NCBI GenBank assembly: GCA_050183505.1
Contig: JBFXBG010000001.1
Location: 10,104 to 74,103, forward strand
Length of the DNA stretch: 64,000 nucleotides
From: Gemmatimonadales bacterium
GTDB lineage: Bacteria > Gemmatimonadota > Gemmatimonadetes > Gemmatimonadales > GWC2-71-9
Direction: 5' to 3'
This document shows, in pieces, positions 46,575 through 56,163 of the stretch. Made by a program: the position numbers and the translations under genes. Each line of letters opens with the position of its first letter. The first letter of the stretch is position 1. The notes beneath the pieces were generated by a model. The model was not told where the DNA came from. It saw nothing but the letters and a program-made list of their open reading frames with translations, and searched no databases.

Positions 46575-46775
46575 ATGGCGGAAATCAAGGAGAAGGACGC
46601 AATGATCTGCCGCGCCTGCGGGCGCGAGGAGCGCGCGTCCGAAGGCTACCCCTGCCAGTCCTGCGGTACGTTCATCTGCATCATCTGCACCTTCAAGGGA
46701 GTCACCCTGTGCAAGAAGTGCTGGGAAGAGAAGCGGGCCCGCCGGTCGTCGGGGGAAATGAAGCCGCCGGAGTGA
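46575..46775 (+). CDS. Small Cys-rich putative two-zinc-finger protein (66 aa)
   Basis: Four CxxC pairs (CRAC, CQSC, CIIC, CKKC), high GC3, starts 3 nt after the NtrC stop. Confidence 0.8.
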   Translation: MAEIKEKDAMICRACGREERASEGYPCQSCGTFICIICTFKGVTLCKKCWEEKRARRSSGEMKPPE

Positions 46776-46821
46776 GCCGGGAACCTCGCGGGATCGCGTC
46801 GCACCGCCCTTGAATCACCCC

Positions 46822-47598
46822 ATGTCCGACCTCGTCGTCCATTCGGCCTGGGCGCCGGTCTACCGCGAGCCCAACCCGCGAGCGGAACTGGTGAGCCAGT
46901 GCCTGGCGGGCGAGACCTGCGCCGTTCTCGAGATCACGGGAGACTGGTACCACCTGCGCCGCGAAACCGACGGCTACACCGGCTTTTCCCATGCCGGTTA
47001 CTTTTCCGCTCCGGAACCGCGCCGGGCTGCGGACTGGCGCAGCCGGGCGGTCTACCGGGCCGACGGCGCCGTCCTCCGGGCCGGCTCCTTGCTGGTCCGC
47101 CTGCCGCTCCTCGCCCGCGTGGCCCGGACCGGCGATCGCTGGGAACTGCCCGACGGGCGGGTGGGGCTGCTGGAGTCGGGCGAGATTCACAGCCAGGAGA
47201 TCCTGGCCTCCCGGGCCCGGGAGACGAACGTGGTGCGCTGGGCGGTCGCCCGGTTCAGCGGGGCGCCCTATCTCTGGGGAGGCATCACCCCCTGGGGGGC
47301 CGACTGCTCCGGCCTGGTCCAGACGGCCTTCGCGGCCCGCGGGGTGAGTCTGCCGCGCGACTCATCCCGGCAGGCGGAGGCCGGGGCCGCGGTCGAACTG
47401 GACAAGACCCGTGAAGGCGACCTGCTGTTCTTCACCGAAACACCGGGCCGGATCACCCACGTGGCGTTCGCCGGAGACCGCGATACCCTGGTCCACTCGA
47501 CCCTCTCCTGCGGCGGCTTCATCGTCGAGCGCTGGACCGCCGGCTCCCGGGCCGGGTTTCTCCGGAACCGATTCGTCTGCGCCCGGCGCATCGAATAG
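46822..47598 (+). CDS. SH3-NlpC/P60 (C40) peptidase, YkfC-like, no signal peptide
   Basis: PYLWGG..PWGADCSGLVQ, LPRDSSRQ, GDLLFF and ITHVA motifs; N-terminal SH3b-like segment. Confidence 0.9.
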   Translation: MSDLVVHSAWAPVYREPNPRAELVSQCLAGETCAVLEITGDWYHLRRETDGYTGFSHAGYFSAPEPRRAADWRSRAVYRADGAVLRAGSLLVRLPLLARVARTGDRWELPDGRVGLLESGEIHSQEILASRARETNVVRWAVARFSGAPYLWGGITPWGADCSGLVQTAFAARGVSLPRDSSRQAEAGAAVELDKTREGDLLFFTETPGRITHVAFAGDRDTLVHSTLSCGGFIVERWTAGSRAGFLRNRFVCARRIE

Positions 47599-47602
47599 TC
47601 CG

Positions 47603-47696
47603 CGACCCCTCGACCCCTCGACCTCTCGACCTCTCGACCCCTCGACCTCTCGACCTCTCGACCCCTCGACCTCTCGACCCCTCGACCCCTCGACCC
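47603..47696. repeat. Octamer microsatellite (CTCGACC[C/T]) about x11
   Basis: Fills the whole intergenic gap. Confidence 0.9.
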
Positions 47697-48395
<699 letters not shown>

Positions 48396-48418
48396 CGCCC
48401 TCTCACCTCGAACTGCCC

Positions 48419-49195
48419 GTGTCGCTGCGCGTGGTTGCCGCCCTGGAGATTCCCGAACTGGGTTCCGCCCTCGGGCGGGTGGCCGTGCTGCCGGCACTGG
48501 CCCGTCCGGCAGTGCCGGCCTGGCCCGGGCTGGAGGGGATCCGGTTCGGACTCGCCGCGGCGGTGATCGACCTGGTCGCGGACGCGCGGGCATGGAGCGC
48601 GGCGGGGGACGGCGATGCGGCAGTGGAGACGCTGGCCCCGGCGGCCTGGTCGGCGGCCTGGGAGGCCGCGGTGCGGGAGGTGGCGAATCACATCGCCGCG
48701 GACCTCGACGCGCGCCTGCTTGCGGCGGCGCGGGAGGCGCGCATGTTCAAGCGCCGCCGCCGACGCCTCATGGTGACGGAGCAGGAGCGCCGGGCACTCA
48801 CCGGCCGGCTGGCCAGCGCCGGCGTCGTCATGGCGGAGCCGCTGGACCGGCTCAAGGACTGGGGCGAGCGGCTGCGGGAGACCTCCGGGCACGACCGGGC
48901 CATCCGGCAGCAGTGGGGGAGAGCCCTGGTGATGGTGGCCCAGCGGCTGGAGTCGGCCTGGCTCGGCCTGGAAGAGGTCGCGCGGCGGGAGGCGGCCCGC
49001 TGGCAGCCGGTCATCGAGCGGGTGCGGGGATGGCGCCGGCCGATGTGGCCGGTCTGGGTGCTGACAACGGTGCTGATCGGCGCGGCGATCTACCTCGGTC
49101 TCGTCCTGGGCGGCTACCTGCCGACGCCGCCTTTCCTCCGCGGATTCACGGACGGCTGGTGGCGTCTGTGGGACCGCTACATCGACCCGGTATGA
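48419..49195 (+). CDS. Hypothetical helical protein with C-terminal membrane anchor
   Basis: Fills the operon gap, has one C-terminal TM, and its stop overlaps the acpS start. Confidence 0.7.
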   Translation: MSLRVVAALEIPELGSALGRVAVLPALARPAVPAWPGLEGIRFGLAAAVIDLVADARAWSAAGDGDAAVETLAPAAWSAAWEAAVREVANHIAADLDARLLAAAREARMFKRRRRRLMVTEQERRALTGRLASAGVVMAEPLDRLKDWGERLRETSGHDRAIRQQWGRALVMVAQRLESAWLGLEEVARREAARWQPVIERVRGWRRPMWPVWVLTTVLIGAAIYLGLVLGGYLPTPPFLRGFTDGWWRLWDRYIDPV

Positions 49196-49578
49196 TCGTA
49201 CTCGGCGTGGGGATCGATCTGGTGGACGTGCCGCGGGTGGAGCGGATGCTCGCCCGCAAGGGAGACCGTGTCGTCCGCAAGCTGCTCACCGAACGGGAGC
49301 AGGCGTATGTCGCGGAACTCCACGCCCCGGCACGGAACATCGCGGCCCGGATCGCGGCCAAGGAAGCCGCCTACAAGGCCTTCCAGAGCTTCCCCGATGC
49401 CCGCGGAGTCGGCTGGCACGATCTCGAGGTCTTCCGCCAGGCCGACGGCCGGCCGGCGCTGCAATTGAGCGGTGAGGCCGAGCGTCTGTCCCAGCGGTAC
49501 GGCCCGCTCGTGGTGCACCTCTCGCTCACCCACTCGGACACCGTGGCCGGCGCGGTGGCGCTGCTGGTAAAGGCGTAG
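49192..49578 (+). CDS. acpS: Holo-ACP synthase
   Basis: GVGIDLV, ARIAAKEAAYKA, GRP and LSLTHS motifs. Confidence 0.93.
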   Translation: MIVLGVGIDLVDVPRVERMLARKGDRVVRKLLTEREQAYVAELHAPARNIAARIAAKEAAYKAFQSFPDARGVGWHDLEVFRQADGRPALQLSGEAERLSQRYGPLVVHLSLTHSDTVAGAVALLVKA

Positions 49579-49642
49579 CCCCACCTCCCTTCCAAATCCG
49601 ATGGTCCGCCTCTAGTTTGAGCGGAACTTCAGCAAGACTTGT

Positions 49643-49657
49643 TGAGAATGATTCTCA
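49643..49657. promoter_or_regulatory. Fur-box-like 7-1-7 palindrome
   Basis: TGAGAAT-G-ATTCTCA overlapping the ATG of an iron permease gene. Confidence 0.75.
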
Positions 49658-51777
49658 GTATTGCCGGTCCCACGCTCCTCCTCGCCGCGTCCCTCGCGGC
49701 TGCCCAGCAGCCGGCCCAGTCGGGTACACCCGATTACGCACCCACGGTTCAGCGGCTGGCCGCAACGGTCCGGCTGGCGGCCCAGGAGTATCGGCTGGGG
49801 GTGAGCGACGGCAAGGTCATCGCCCAGCCCGAAGTCGAAGAGGCCAGGCTGTTTCTCACCGAGGCACGGCGAACGGCCGGCCTGCTCCCGCCTTCGATTA
49901 CCCGCTACGCATTTCCTCAGATCGATTCGGTGCTGGCGATTGTCGCGGCGACCGGGGACCCGGACTCGGTCGCCGCGCGTGCATCCGTCCTGGCCGATCG
50001 CGTCGCCCGGGACCTGGGGATCACACTGGATGTCGTCCCCGCCAATGCCCCGAGCCTCGCCCGCGGTGCCGAGGTGTTCCAGACCAGCTGCGCCAGCTGT
50101 CACGGCACGCTCGGCCGGGGCGACGGTCCGGCCGCGGCCGGCATTCAGCCGCCGCCGGCCAATCTGGCCGATGCGGGCGCGCTGATCGACGCCTCGCCGC
50201 TTTCGTTCTATGAGAAGATCACCATCGGCGTCGCCGGCACGGCCATGCCGGCGTTCGAGACCCGGCTGTCCCGGGAAGACCGGTGGGCCGCGGCGGTTTA
50301 CGCCACACTGTTCCGGTTGCCGCCCCCGCAGGGTGAGGTCCCGCCGGCCCTGAGCGCTTTTCCCACCTCCGCCCGGATGTCCGACCGGGAACTGGCCGAT
50401 GCGGTGGCGCCGCTGCAGGATCCGGCCGGCCCGCGGGCGCTTGCCGCGGTGGCCGCGGTGCGGAACTACCAGCTGCAGCAGGCCGGCGGCGGGGACGCTT
50501 CGGTGGTGTTCGACCAGGTCCGCCGGCAGCTCGACTCGGCGCTCCGGCTTGCCCGGGCCGGGCACGGTGATGCCGCCAGCACGGTGGCGTTCGATGCCTA
50601 CATGGTATTCGAGCAGGTGGAACCCACCGTCCGGGCCAAGGAGAACGCGCTCGCCGGCGAACTCGAGACGTCCTTCGCGGCGTTCCGTTCCCGGGCCGCC
50701 GGCGGCGCGACCGATCAGGAACTCAGCACGATCCACAACCGCCTGCTGGCCGATCTGGAGAAGGCCGAGCGCACCATGGGAGACCAGCTCTCGGCGGGCA
50801 ACCTGGTGCTGAACTCGTTCGTGATTCTGGTCCGGGAGGGACTCGAGGCGATCCTCATCCTCGGCGCCCTGGTCGCCATGCTGGCGAAGATGGGAGCAAC
50901 CCAGCGGAAACGGGACGTGCACATCGGGGCCGGGGCCGCGGTGGCGGCGAGCCTGCTCACCGCCGTGGTGCTGGAGACCCTCATTACGATCACTCCCGCC
51001 AGCCGGGAGGCCCTCGAGGGTGTCACCATGCTGGTCGCGGTAGTCATGCTGTTCTACGTGAGCTACTGGCTGCTCAGCAAGATGGAAGTGGCCAAGTGGA
51101 ACCGGTTCGTGAAGGGCAAGGTGGAAGACGCGCTCACGAGCGGCTCCGCGCTGGCGCTGGCGTCGGTGGCGTTTCTGGCGGTCTACCGGGAAGGCTTTGA
51201 AACGGTCCTGTTCTACAAGGCACTGGCCGTGGCCGGCGGGAGCGGTGGGGCGATGCCGGTGGTGGCCGGCATCCTGGCCGGGAGCGTGGTGCTGGTGGCG
51301 GTGTACTACGCCATCAACCGCTTCGGGGTGAAGATCCCGCTCCGGCCCTTCTTCGCCTTTACCAGCGCGTTCCTGTACTACATGGCGTTCGTCTTCGCCG
51401 GGAAGGGCATCGCGGAGCTGCAGGAAGGCGGGCTCGTCTCCACGACCCTGGTTCCGTGGGGGCCGCGGGTACCCCAGGTGGGGATTTACCCCACCGTGGA
51501 GACGATGGCGGCCCAGGGCGTATTGCTGGCGCTGTTCGCCTTTGCCCTGGTCTGGACGTTCATCGTCCTCCCGCGGCGGCTCAAGGTGACCCGGAGCCTG
51601 GTTCCGGAAGGGGCGCCGGCTCAGCCGGCCGCGCCCGGTGCGGTCGCCCTCTCTCCTGACGTCAATCGGGATTTCGTCCGCTCCCTGGAACGGATGGACG
51701 CGGACCTGGCGGAACTCCGGGCCGAGGTCGAGCGGCTGCGGCAGAAGCTGGGAGGAGAGGTAAGCCGGAAGCAGTGA
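49648..51777 (+). CDS. Cytochrome c - FTR1 iron permease fusion (PbrT-like)
   Basis: Signal peptide, CASCH heme motif, GTAMP, two REGxE motifs (REGLE, REGFE) and about 7 TM. Confidence 0.92.
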   Translation: MILSIAGPTLLLAASLAAAQQPAQSGTPDYAPTVQRLAATVRLAAQEYRLGVSDGKVIAQPEVEEARLFLTEARRTAGLLPPSITRYAFPQIDSVLAIVAATGDPDSVAARASVLADRVARDLGITLDVVPANAPSLARGAEVFQTSCASCHGTLGRGDGPAAAGIQPPPANLADAGALIDASPLSFYEKITIGVAGTAMPAFETRLSREDRWAAAVYATLFRLPPPQGEVPPALSAFPTSARMSDRELADAVAPLQDPAGPRALAAVAAVRNYQLQQAGGGDASVVFDQVRRQLDSALRLARAGHGDAASTVAFDAYMVFEQVEPTVRAKENALAGELETSFAAFRSRAAGGATDQELSTIHNRLLADLEKAERTMGDQLSAGNLVLNSFVILVREGLEAILILGALVAMLAKMGATQRKRDVHIGAGAAVAASLLTAVVLETLITITPASREALEGVTMLVAVVMLFYVSYWLLSKMEVAKWNRFVKGKVEDALTSGSALALASVAFLAVYREGFETVLFYKALAVAGGSGGAMPVVAGILAGSVVLVAVYYAINRFGVKIPLRPFFAFTSAFLYYMAFVFAGKGIAELQEGGLVSTTLVPWGPRVPQVGIYPTVETMAAQGVLLALFAFALVWTFIVLPRRLKVTRSLVPEGAPAQPAAPGAVALSPDVNRDFVRSLERMDADLAELRAEVERLRQKLGGEVSRKQ

Positions 51778-51787
51778 CCAGGGGGCC

Positions 51788-51913
51788 GGAAAGCCGAACG
51801 GCCCACGGTTACCCGTGAGCCGCCGGAAGGAAGCCAGTGACAAGTCGCCCCCTGAGTCTATTGGAGACGGGCCTAAGTGCCCGCTCCACTCTTCTTCGAC
51901 CTGCCACTGTTGC
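51788..51913 (-). ncRNA. Candidate sigma54-dependent small RNA
   Basis: Downstream of a consensus -24/-12 promoter. It has a 13-bp basal stem, a nested hairpin and a terminal GUAA-capped hairpin; three G-U pairs exist only on the minus strand. Confidence 0.6.
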
Positions 51914-51924
51914 CTTCTTCTAAG

Positions 51925-51940
51925 GCAAGGCAGGTGCCAA
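51925..51940 (-). promoter_or_regulatory. Sigma54 (-24/-12) promoter
   Basis: Minus strand TTGGCAC-CTGCC-TTGC, an exact TGGCAC-N5-TTGC consensus, in intergenic DNA. Confidence 0.75.
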
Positions 51941-52072
51941 CCATCCGCTTATCAGAAGTCCTTCCCGCACAACGACTTCGAAGATCTCGTCCGGGGGCGG
52001 ATCACCGCTCCCGGTGTCAAGCTCCTTGCCAGTATTCGGGCCGTTCTACGTAACCACCATCAAACCAATGGC

Positions 52073-52936
52073 TTATCTCGCTGTCGACGTTTGTGACGCT
52101 ACGGCCGGTTCGACGGAGCTCAAATAGGGACCGGGATCGACCTGGGGGCGTGAACGAAGGCTATGCCAGACCACGATACCCACGATGACGAGCAGGACGC
52201 TCATGGCCTGCGCCAGGGTGAAAGGGCCCAGCAGCCGGTCGTCCTTGGCCCGGACGATTTCCACCAGGAAGCGCTCGAGACCGGCGAGCATGAGGTAGAC
52301 GCCGAAGAGCGCCCCGGTTCCCCAGGGCTTCTTGCGGAGCTTCCAGAGCACGGCGAAGGCGATGAACATGGCGGTCGCCTCGTAGAGCTGGGTCGGGTGG
52401 ACGGCCAGGACGGTATTCGGATCGGTCCCGGGCGGGACCGGGATGCCGAAGAGACTCTGCATGTTCTGGGCGGTCGAAGCCGGCAGGCCCTGGGGGAACC
52501 GGACCCCCCAGGGCACCGACGTGGGGCGGCCGTAATCGTCGTTCACCAGGAAACAGCCGATCCGGCCCAGGGCGTAGGCGGCGGCGAGCGCCGGAGCCAC
52601 CAGGTGGGCGGTCCACCGGGTCGGGACCCGGAGCCGCCACCCGTTCAGCGCGACCGCCACGGCGCCACCCACCAGCCCGCCGTACCAGACCAGCCCGCCT
52701 CGCGAGAACAGCGCGTTCAGATCCCGGGTGAGCCCGACGTACCAGAGCTTGGCGCCGATGATGCCGCCGATCACGGCGGCCACGGTGATCTCGGCGGCGT
52801 AGTCTTCGCGCAGATTCCGCCGACGAAGCTCGAGGGAGATGAGCCAGCCGCCGGTGAGGAAGCCGACCATCATCATGATTCCGTAGCCGGTGATCTCGAG
52901 CGGGCCGAGCTTGATGATGAATGGATAGAAGTCCAT
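52073..52936 (-). CDS. lgt: Prolipoprotein diacylglyceryl transferase
   Basis: YGIM, GGLVWYGG, GRIGCFL..DDYG, HPTQLYE and RFLVE motifs. Confidence 0.93.
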   Translation of the reverse strand: MDFYPFIIKLGPLEITGYGIMMMVGFLTGGWLISLELRRRNLREDYAAEITVAAVIGGIIGAKLWYVGLTRDLNALFSRGGLVWYGGLVGGAVAVALNGWRLRVPTRWTAHLVAPALAAAYALGRIGCFLVNDDYGRPTSVPWGVRFPQGLPASTAQNMQSLFGIPVPPGTDPNTVLAVHPTQLYEATAMFIAFAVLWKLRKKPWGTGALFGVYLMLAGLERFLVEIVRAKDDRLLGPFTLAQAMSVLLVIVGIVVWHSLRSRPQVDPGPYLSSVEPAVASQTSTAR

Positions 52937-52968
52937 GGGAGGAGTCGAGGGGTCGAGGAGTCGCGGCT

Positions 52969-54042
52969 TCAGCGCCGGGTGCCGGCCCGGTCCACGGTCT
53001 GCGGCAGGTGCAGTCCCGGGAACGGCAGATCCGCCCGGGGTTCGAGGTCCCAGCCGCTGCGCTCGCCCCGGGCCAGACGCCAGGCACCGGCGGCACCGAT
53101 CATGGCAGCGTTGTCGGTGTTGAGCCTGGGGGTGGCCACGACCACTCGGGCCCGGCCCTGCAGCCGCTCGGTGAGCGCGGCCGCCAGGGCCCGGTTGCAG
53201 GCAACCCCTCCGCCGATCATGGCCGTGCGGTAGCCCAGGTCGGCGACGGCGTGGGCGGTCTTCTCGACCAGCACCTCGATGACCGCGTCCTGAAAGCCGC
53301 GGGCCAGATCGGGGCGGTCGTTCTCCAGGTCGGCGCTGCCCCGCGCCGCGTGGAGCAGCGCGGTCTTGAGCCCGCTGAAGGAGAACTCGAAGCGCGCGGG
53401 GCCGGGGCGCTCCACCTCCCGCAGCATGGGCCGGGGAAAGCGGAACCGGTCGGGGGCTCCGCGCACCGCGAGTTTCTCGATCAGCGGTCCACCGGGATAG
53501 CCCAGGCCCAGGATCGTGGCCACCTTGTCGAAGGCTTCACCGGCGGCATCGTCCCGGGTCTGGCCCAGCATGCGGTAGGTGCCCCAGGCCGGCACATCAA
53601 GCAGCATGGTGTGGCCGCCGCTTACCAGCAGTCCGATGAAGGGCGGTTCGAACCCGGGGTCCTCGAGCGTCGGGGCGAAGAGGTGTCCTTCCAGGTGGTG
53701 CACGCCGAGCAGTGGCAGGCGTCGGGAAAAGGCGAGTGTCTTGCCGTACATGACCCCGACCAGCAACGCGCCCACCAGGCCTGGGCCGGCAGTGACGACG
53801 ACGCCGTCCAGCCGGTCGGCGGTGAGCCGCGCTCCGGTCAGGGCGCGGTCGGTGACGGAGGCGATGGTGCGAAGATGGGCGCGACTGGCCAGCTCGGGCA
53901 CGACCCCGCCGAAGACCGCGTGAACGTCCTGCGACAGGATGACCAGGCTCTCGAGGGCGGCGCGGCCGCCCTCCCCGGAGGTGAGGACGGCCGCGGAGGT
54001 TTCGTCACAGGACGTTTCCAGAGCCAGAATCCGGCGGGTCAC
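52969..54042 (-). CDS. tsaD: tRNA t6A threonylcarbamoyltransferase
   Basis: LALETSCDETS, GGVVPELASRAH, HHLEGH, VSGGHT, DDAAGEAFDK and TDNAAMI motifs. Confidence 0.96.
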   Translation of the reverse strand: MTRRILALETSCDETSAAVLTSGEGGRAALESLVILSQDVHAVFGGVVPELASRAHLRTIASVTDRALTGARLTADRLDGVVVTAGPGLVGALLVGVMYGKTLAFSRRLPLLGVHHLEGHLFAPTLEDPGFEPPFIGLLVSGGHTMLLDVPAWGTYRMLGQTRDDAAGEAFDKVATILGLGYPGGPLIEKLAVRGAPDRFRFPRPMLREVERPGPARFEFSFSGLKTALLHAARGSADLENDRPDLARGFQDAVIEVLVEKTAHAVADLGYRTAMIGGGVACNRALAAALTERLQGRARVVVATPRLNTDNAAMIGAAGAWRLARGERSGWDLEPRADLPFPGLHLPQTVDRAGTRR

Positions 54043-54053
54043 CGTCGCAATCC

Positions 54054-54668
54054 TCAGCTCTTCAGCTCGGTCTGTACGGCGCTGTCCCGGCCCGGTACCG
54101 AGGCGGGGGCCGGTGCCGGCGCGGGCGGGGCGCCGGGACCCTCGGACAGGAGCCGCTCGATCAGGGCCCGATTGACGGGCGAGTCCCAGTCGTGGGCGCC
54201 GATTACCCATTTCACGATGATGCCGTCCCGGTTCACCAGATAGCTCTCGGGCACGCCGGTCGTCTGGAACAGTTTCTCGATCCGGCGGGTCCGGTCCTGC
54301 AGCAGATCGAAGGTGATGCCCATCTCGTTGGCGAAATCGGTCACCACGCCCCGGCCGTCCTGATCCACACTGACCGCGGCGATCCGGAAGCCCTGGTCCC
54401 GGTAGGACTCGTAGGCCTTCTGCATCGAGGGCATCTCGACCCGGCAGGGCCCGCACCAGGTGGCCCAGATATTCACCAGCGTGACCGAACCCTGATACTC
54501 TTTCCGGAGCGAGAGCGAGTCTCCGCTCCGGGCGTCTTCCAGCTTGAAATCGGGCATCCGGGCGCCGACCTCGACCCGCTCGATCCCTGAGCCGAGCCGG
54601 ACCAGGGCCGCGGATCCGACCGCGAGCCCGCCGACGATTGCCGCTACCGCGAACCACTGTTTGGACAT
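54054..54668 (-). CDS. TlpA/ResA-like thiol-disulfide oxidoreductase
   Basis: N-terminal anchor, NIWATWCGPCRVEMP and GVPES motifs. Confidence 0.92.
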   Translation of the reverse strand: MSKQWFAVAAIVGGLAVGSAALVRLGSGIERVEVGARMPDFKLEDARSGDSLSLRKEYQGSVTLVNIWATWCGPCRVEMPSMQKAYESYRDQGFRIAAVSVDQDGRGVVTDFANEMGITFDLLQDRTRRIEKLFQTTGVPESYLVNRDGIIVKWVIGAHDWDSPVNRALIERLLSEGPGAPPAPAPAPASVPGRDSAVQTELKS

Positions 54669-54672
54669 ATGA

Positions 54673-54737
54673 AGTCGAGGAGTCGAGAAGTCGAGAGTCG
54701 AGAAGTCGAGAGTCGAGAGTCGAGGAGTCGAGGAGTC
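54673..54737. repeat. (GTCGAG[A/G]N)n 7-8-mer repeat
   Basis: Fills the rpe-tlpA gap. The same family occurs at 27264, 47603, 52940 and 59153. Confidence 0.85.
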
Positions 54738-55405
54738 TAGACCCTGATGGTGCATTCCGTGAGCAGGGCCCGAACGGCGTCGGCCGGGTCAGCCGAGCCG
54801 AAGACGGCAGAACCCGCCACGAAGGTGTCCGCCCCGGCCCGCCAGGCCTCGGCGATGGTGTCCACGCCGATGCCGCCATCCACCTCCAGCACCGCCGGAG
54901 ACCGGTGGCGGTCGAGCATGGCCCGGGCCCGGGTGAGCTTGGCGGTGCTGGCTGGAATATAGGCCTGTCCGCTGAAGCCCGGGTTCACCGACATGATGAG
55001 GAGCAGGTCGAGGTCATCCACGACTTCCTCCGCCATGGCCACCGGCGTGGAAGGATTGAGCGCCAGCCCGGCCCGCATCCCGTGTTCCCGCACCGAGTTC
55101 AGGTGCCGCTGCACGTGGACGGTCGCCTCGGCGTGGAGCGTGAAGACCGTGGCGCCGGCATCGGCGTACTCCTCGATATAGCGCTCCGGAGCGCGGACCA
55201 TGAGGTGGACGTCCAGGGGGATGTCAAACAGCTTGCGCAGCGCCCGGATGACGGGTGCTCCGAAGGTGAGGTTGGGGACGAAGTTGCCGTCCATGACGTC
55301 CACGTGGATCCACTCGGCGCCTCCGTCCAGTGCGGCTTCCACCGCTTCTTTCAGCCGGCCCAGATCGGCACTGAGAACGCTGGGAGCAATGCGCGCTGCG
55401 GTCAT
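54737..55405 (-). CDS. rpe: Ribulose-phosphate 3-epimerase
   Basis: IAPSVLSAD, HVDVMDG, DVHLM, MSVNPGFSGQ and EVDGG motifs. Confidence 0.96.
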   Translation of the reverse strand: MTAARIAPSVLSADLGRLKEAVEAALDGGAEWIHVDVMDGNFVPNLTFGAPVIRALRKLFDIPLDVHLMVRAPERYIEEYADAGATVFTLHAEATVHVQRHLNSVREHGMRAGLALNPSTPVAMAEEVVDDLDLLLIMSVNPGFSGQAYIPASTAKLTRARAMLDRHRSPAVLEVDGGIGVDTIAEAWRAGADTFVAGSAVFGSADPADAVRALLTECTIRV

Positions 55406-56163
55406 GGATTGGGCTCCTGGCTGCTGATGACCAGATCGACATCGCGGTCCCGGGACAGCCGGGAGCCGGGTCTCGGGTTCTGTTCCAGCACCACGCCGGG
55501 GGCGCCGCCTCCGGCCCGGCTGCCGATGCGGCCGATCCGGAGCCCCACCCGGCCCAGCGCCTGGCGGGCCTGGGATACGGTCATGCCTTCCAGGCTGGGA
55601 ACGTTCACCGGTGCCGGCCCCTGGCTGATGATCAGCGTGATCTCCGCGCCCGCTTCCCTGGCAGACCCCGAAGCCGGCCGGGTGCCCACCACCACGCCGG
55701 CTTCGGAACCCGAAGCCACCGAGTCCTCCCGGACGGTGAAGCCCGCCACCTGTAGGACACGGCGGGCGTCGTTGGCATTCAGGTCCACGACATCCGGTAT
55801 CGGAATCTGGGCCGGCCCCGCGCTGGGTGTGAGGATGACCGTCGATCCGGCCGGGAGCAGTGTGCCGGGTGGAGGATCCTGCCAGGTGACCTTGCCCTTG
55901 GGCGCGCGGGGGTCCGGTTCTTCGTCGGTCACCTTCACCCGGAACCCGGCCTGGGTGAGCTGGTCCTGGGCGTCGGAGATCCCGACATCAAGCAGCCGTG
56001 GCAGAGGCTGGTTCCGGGGAAAGAGCGGGGCAGGATACATCCACACCGCGACGAGATAGCCCCCGATGGCGGCCACCAGCAGGAGGCCGAGTCGCCAGAG
56101 CAGCCGCCGGCCCCGCACGGTGCTCGTCAGCGGGACCGATGCGGTGTGCCGCCGGAACCTCAG
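55402..56163 (-). CDS. Membrane-anchored triple PASTA domain protein; start uncertain (CTG 56163 or GTG 56118)
   Basis: One TM followed by three PASTA repeats (LPRLL, IPDVV, VPSLEG ... QDP/TRP/QNP). Confidence 0.85.
   Translation of the reverse strand: MRFRRHTASVPLTSTVRGRRLLWRLGLLLVAAIGGYLVAVWMYPAPLFPRNQPLPRLLDVGISDAQDQLTQAGFRVKVTDEEPDPRAPKGKVTWQDPPPGTLLPAGSTVILTPSAGPAQIPIPDVVDLNANDARRVLQVAGFTVREDSVASGSEAGVVVGTRPASGSAREAGAEITLIISQGPAPVNVPSLEGMTVSQARQALGRVGLRIGRIGSRAGGGAPGVVLEQNPRPGSRLSRDRDVDLVISSQEPNP

Noticed and set aside
51809-51889. 26-codon GTG ORF under the sigma54 promoter
   Set aside because: It has a weak RBS and lies wholly within strong RNA stems; a noncoding RNA explains the region better, though a peptide is not excluded.
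51788-51913. 6S RNA, SRP RNA or tRNA identity for the structured region
   Set aside because: It is too short for 6S, lacks the SRP domain IV motif, and has no cloverleaf or T-loop; an Rfam search is still needed.
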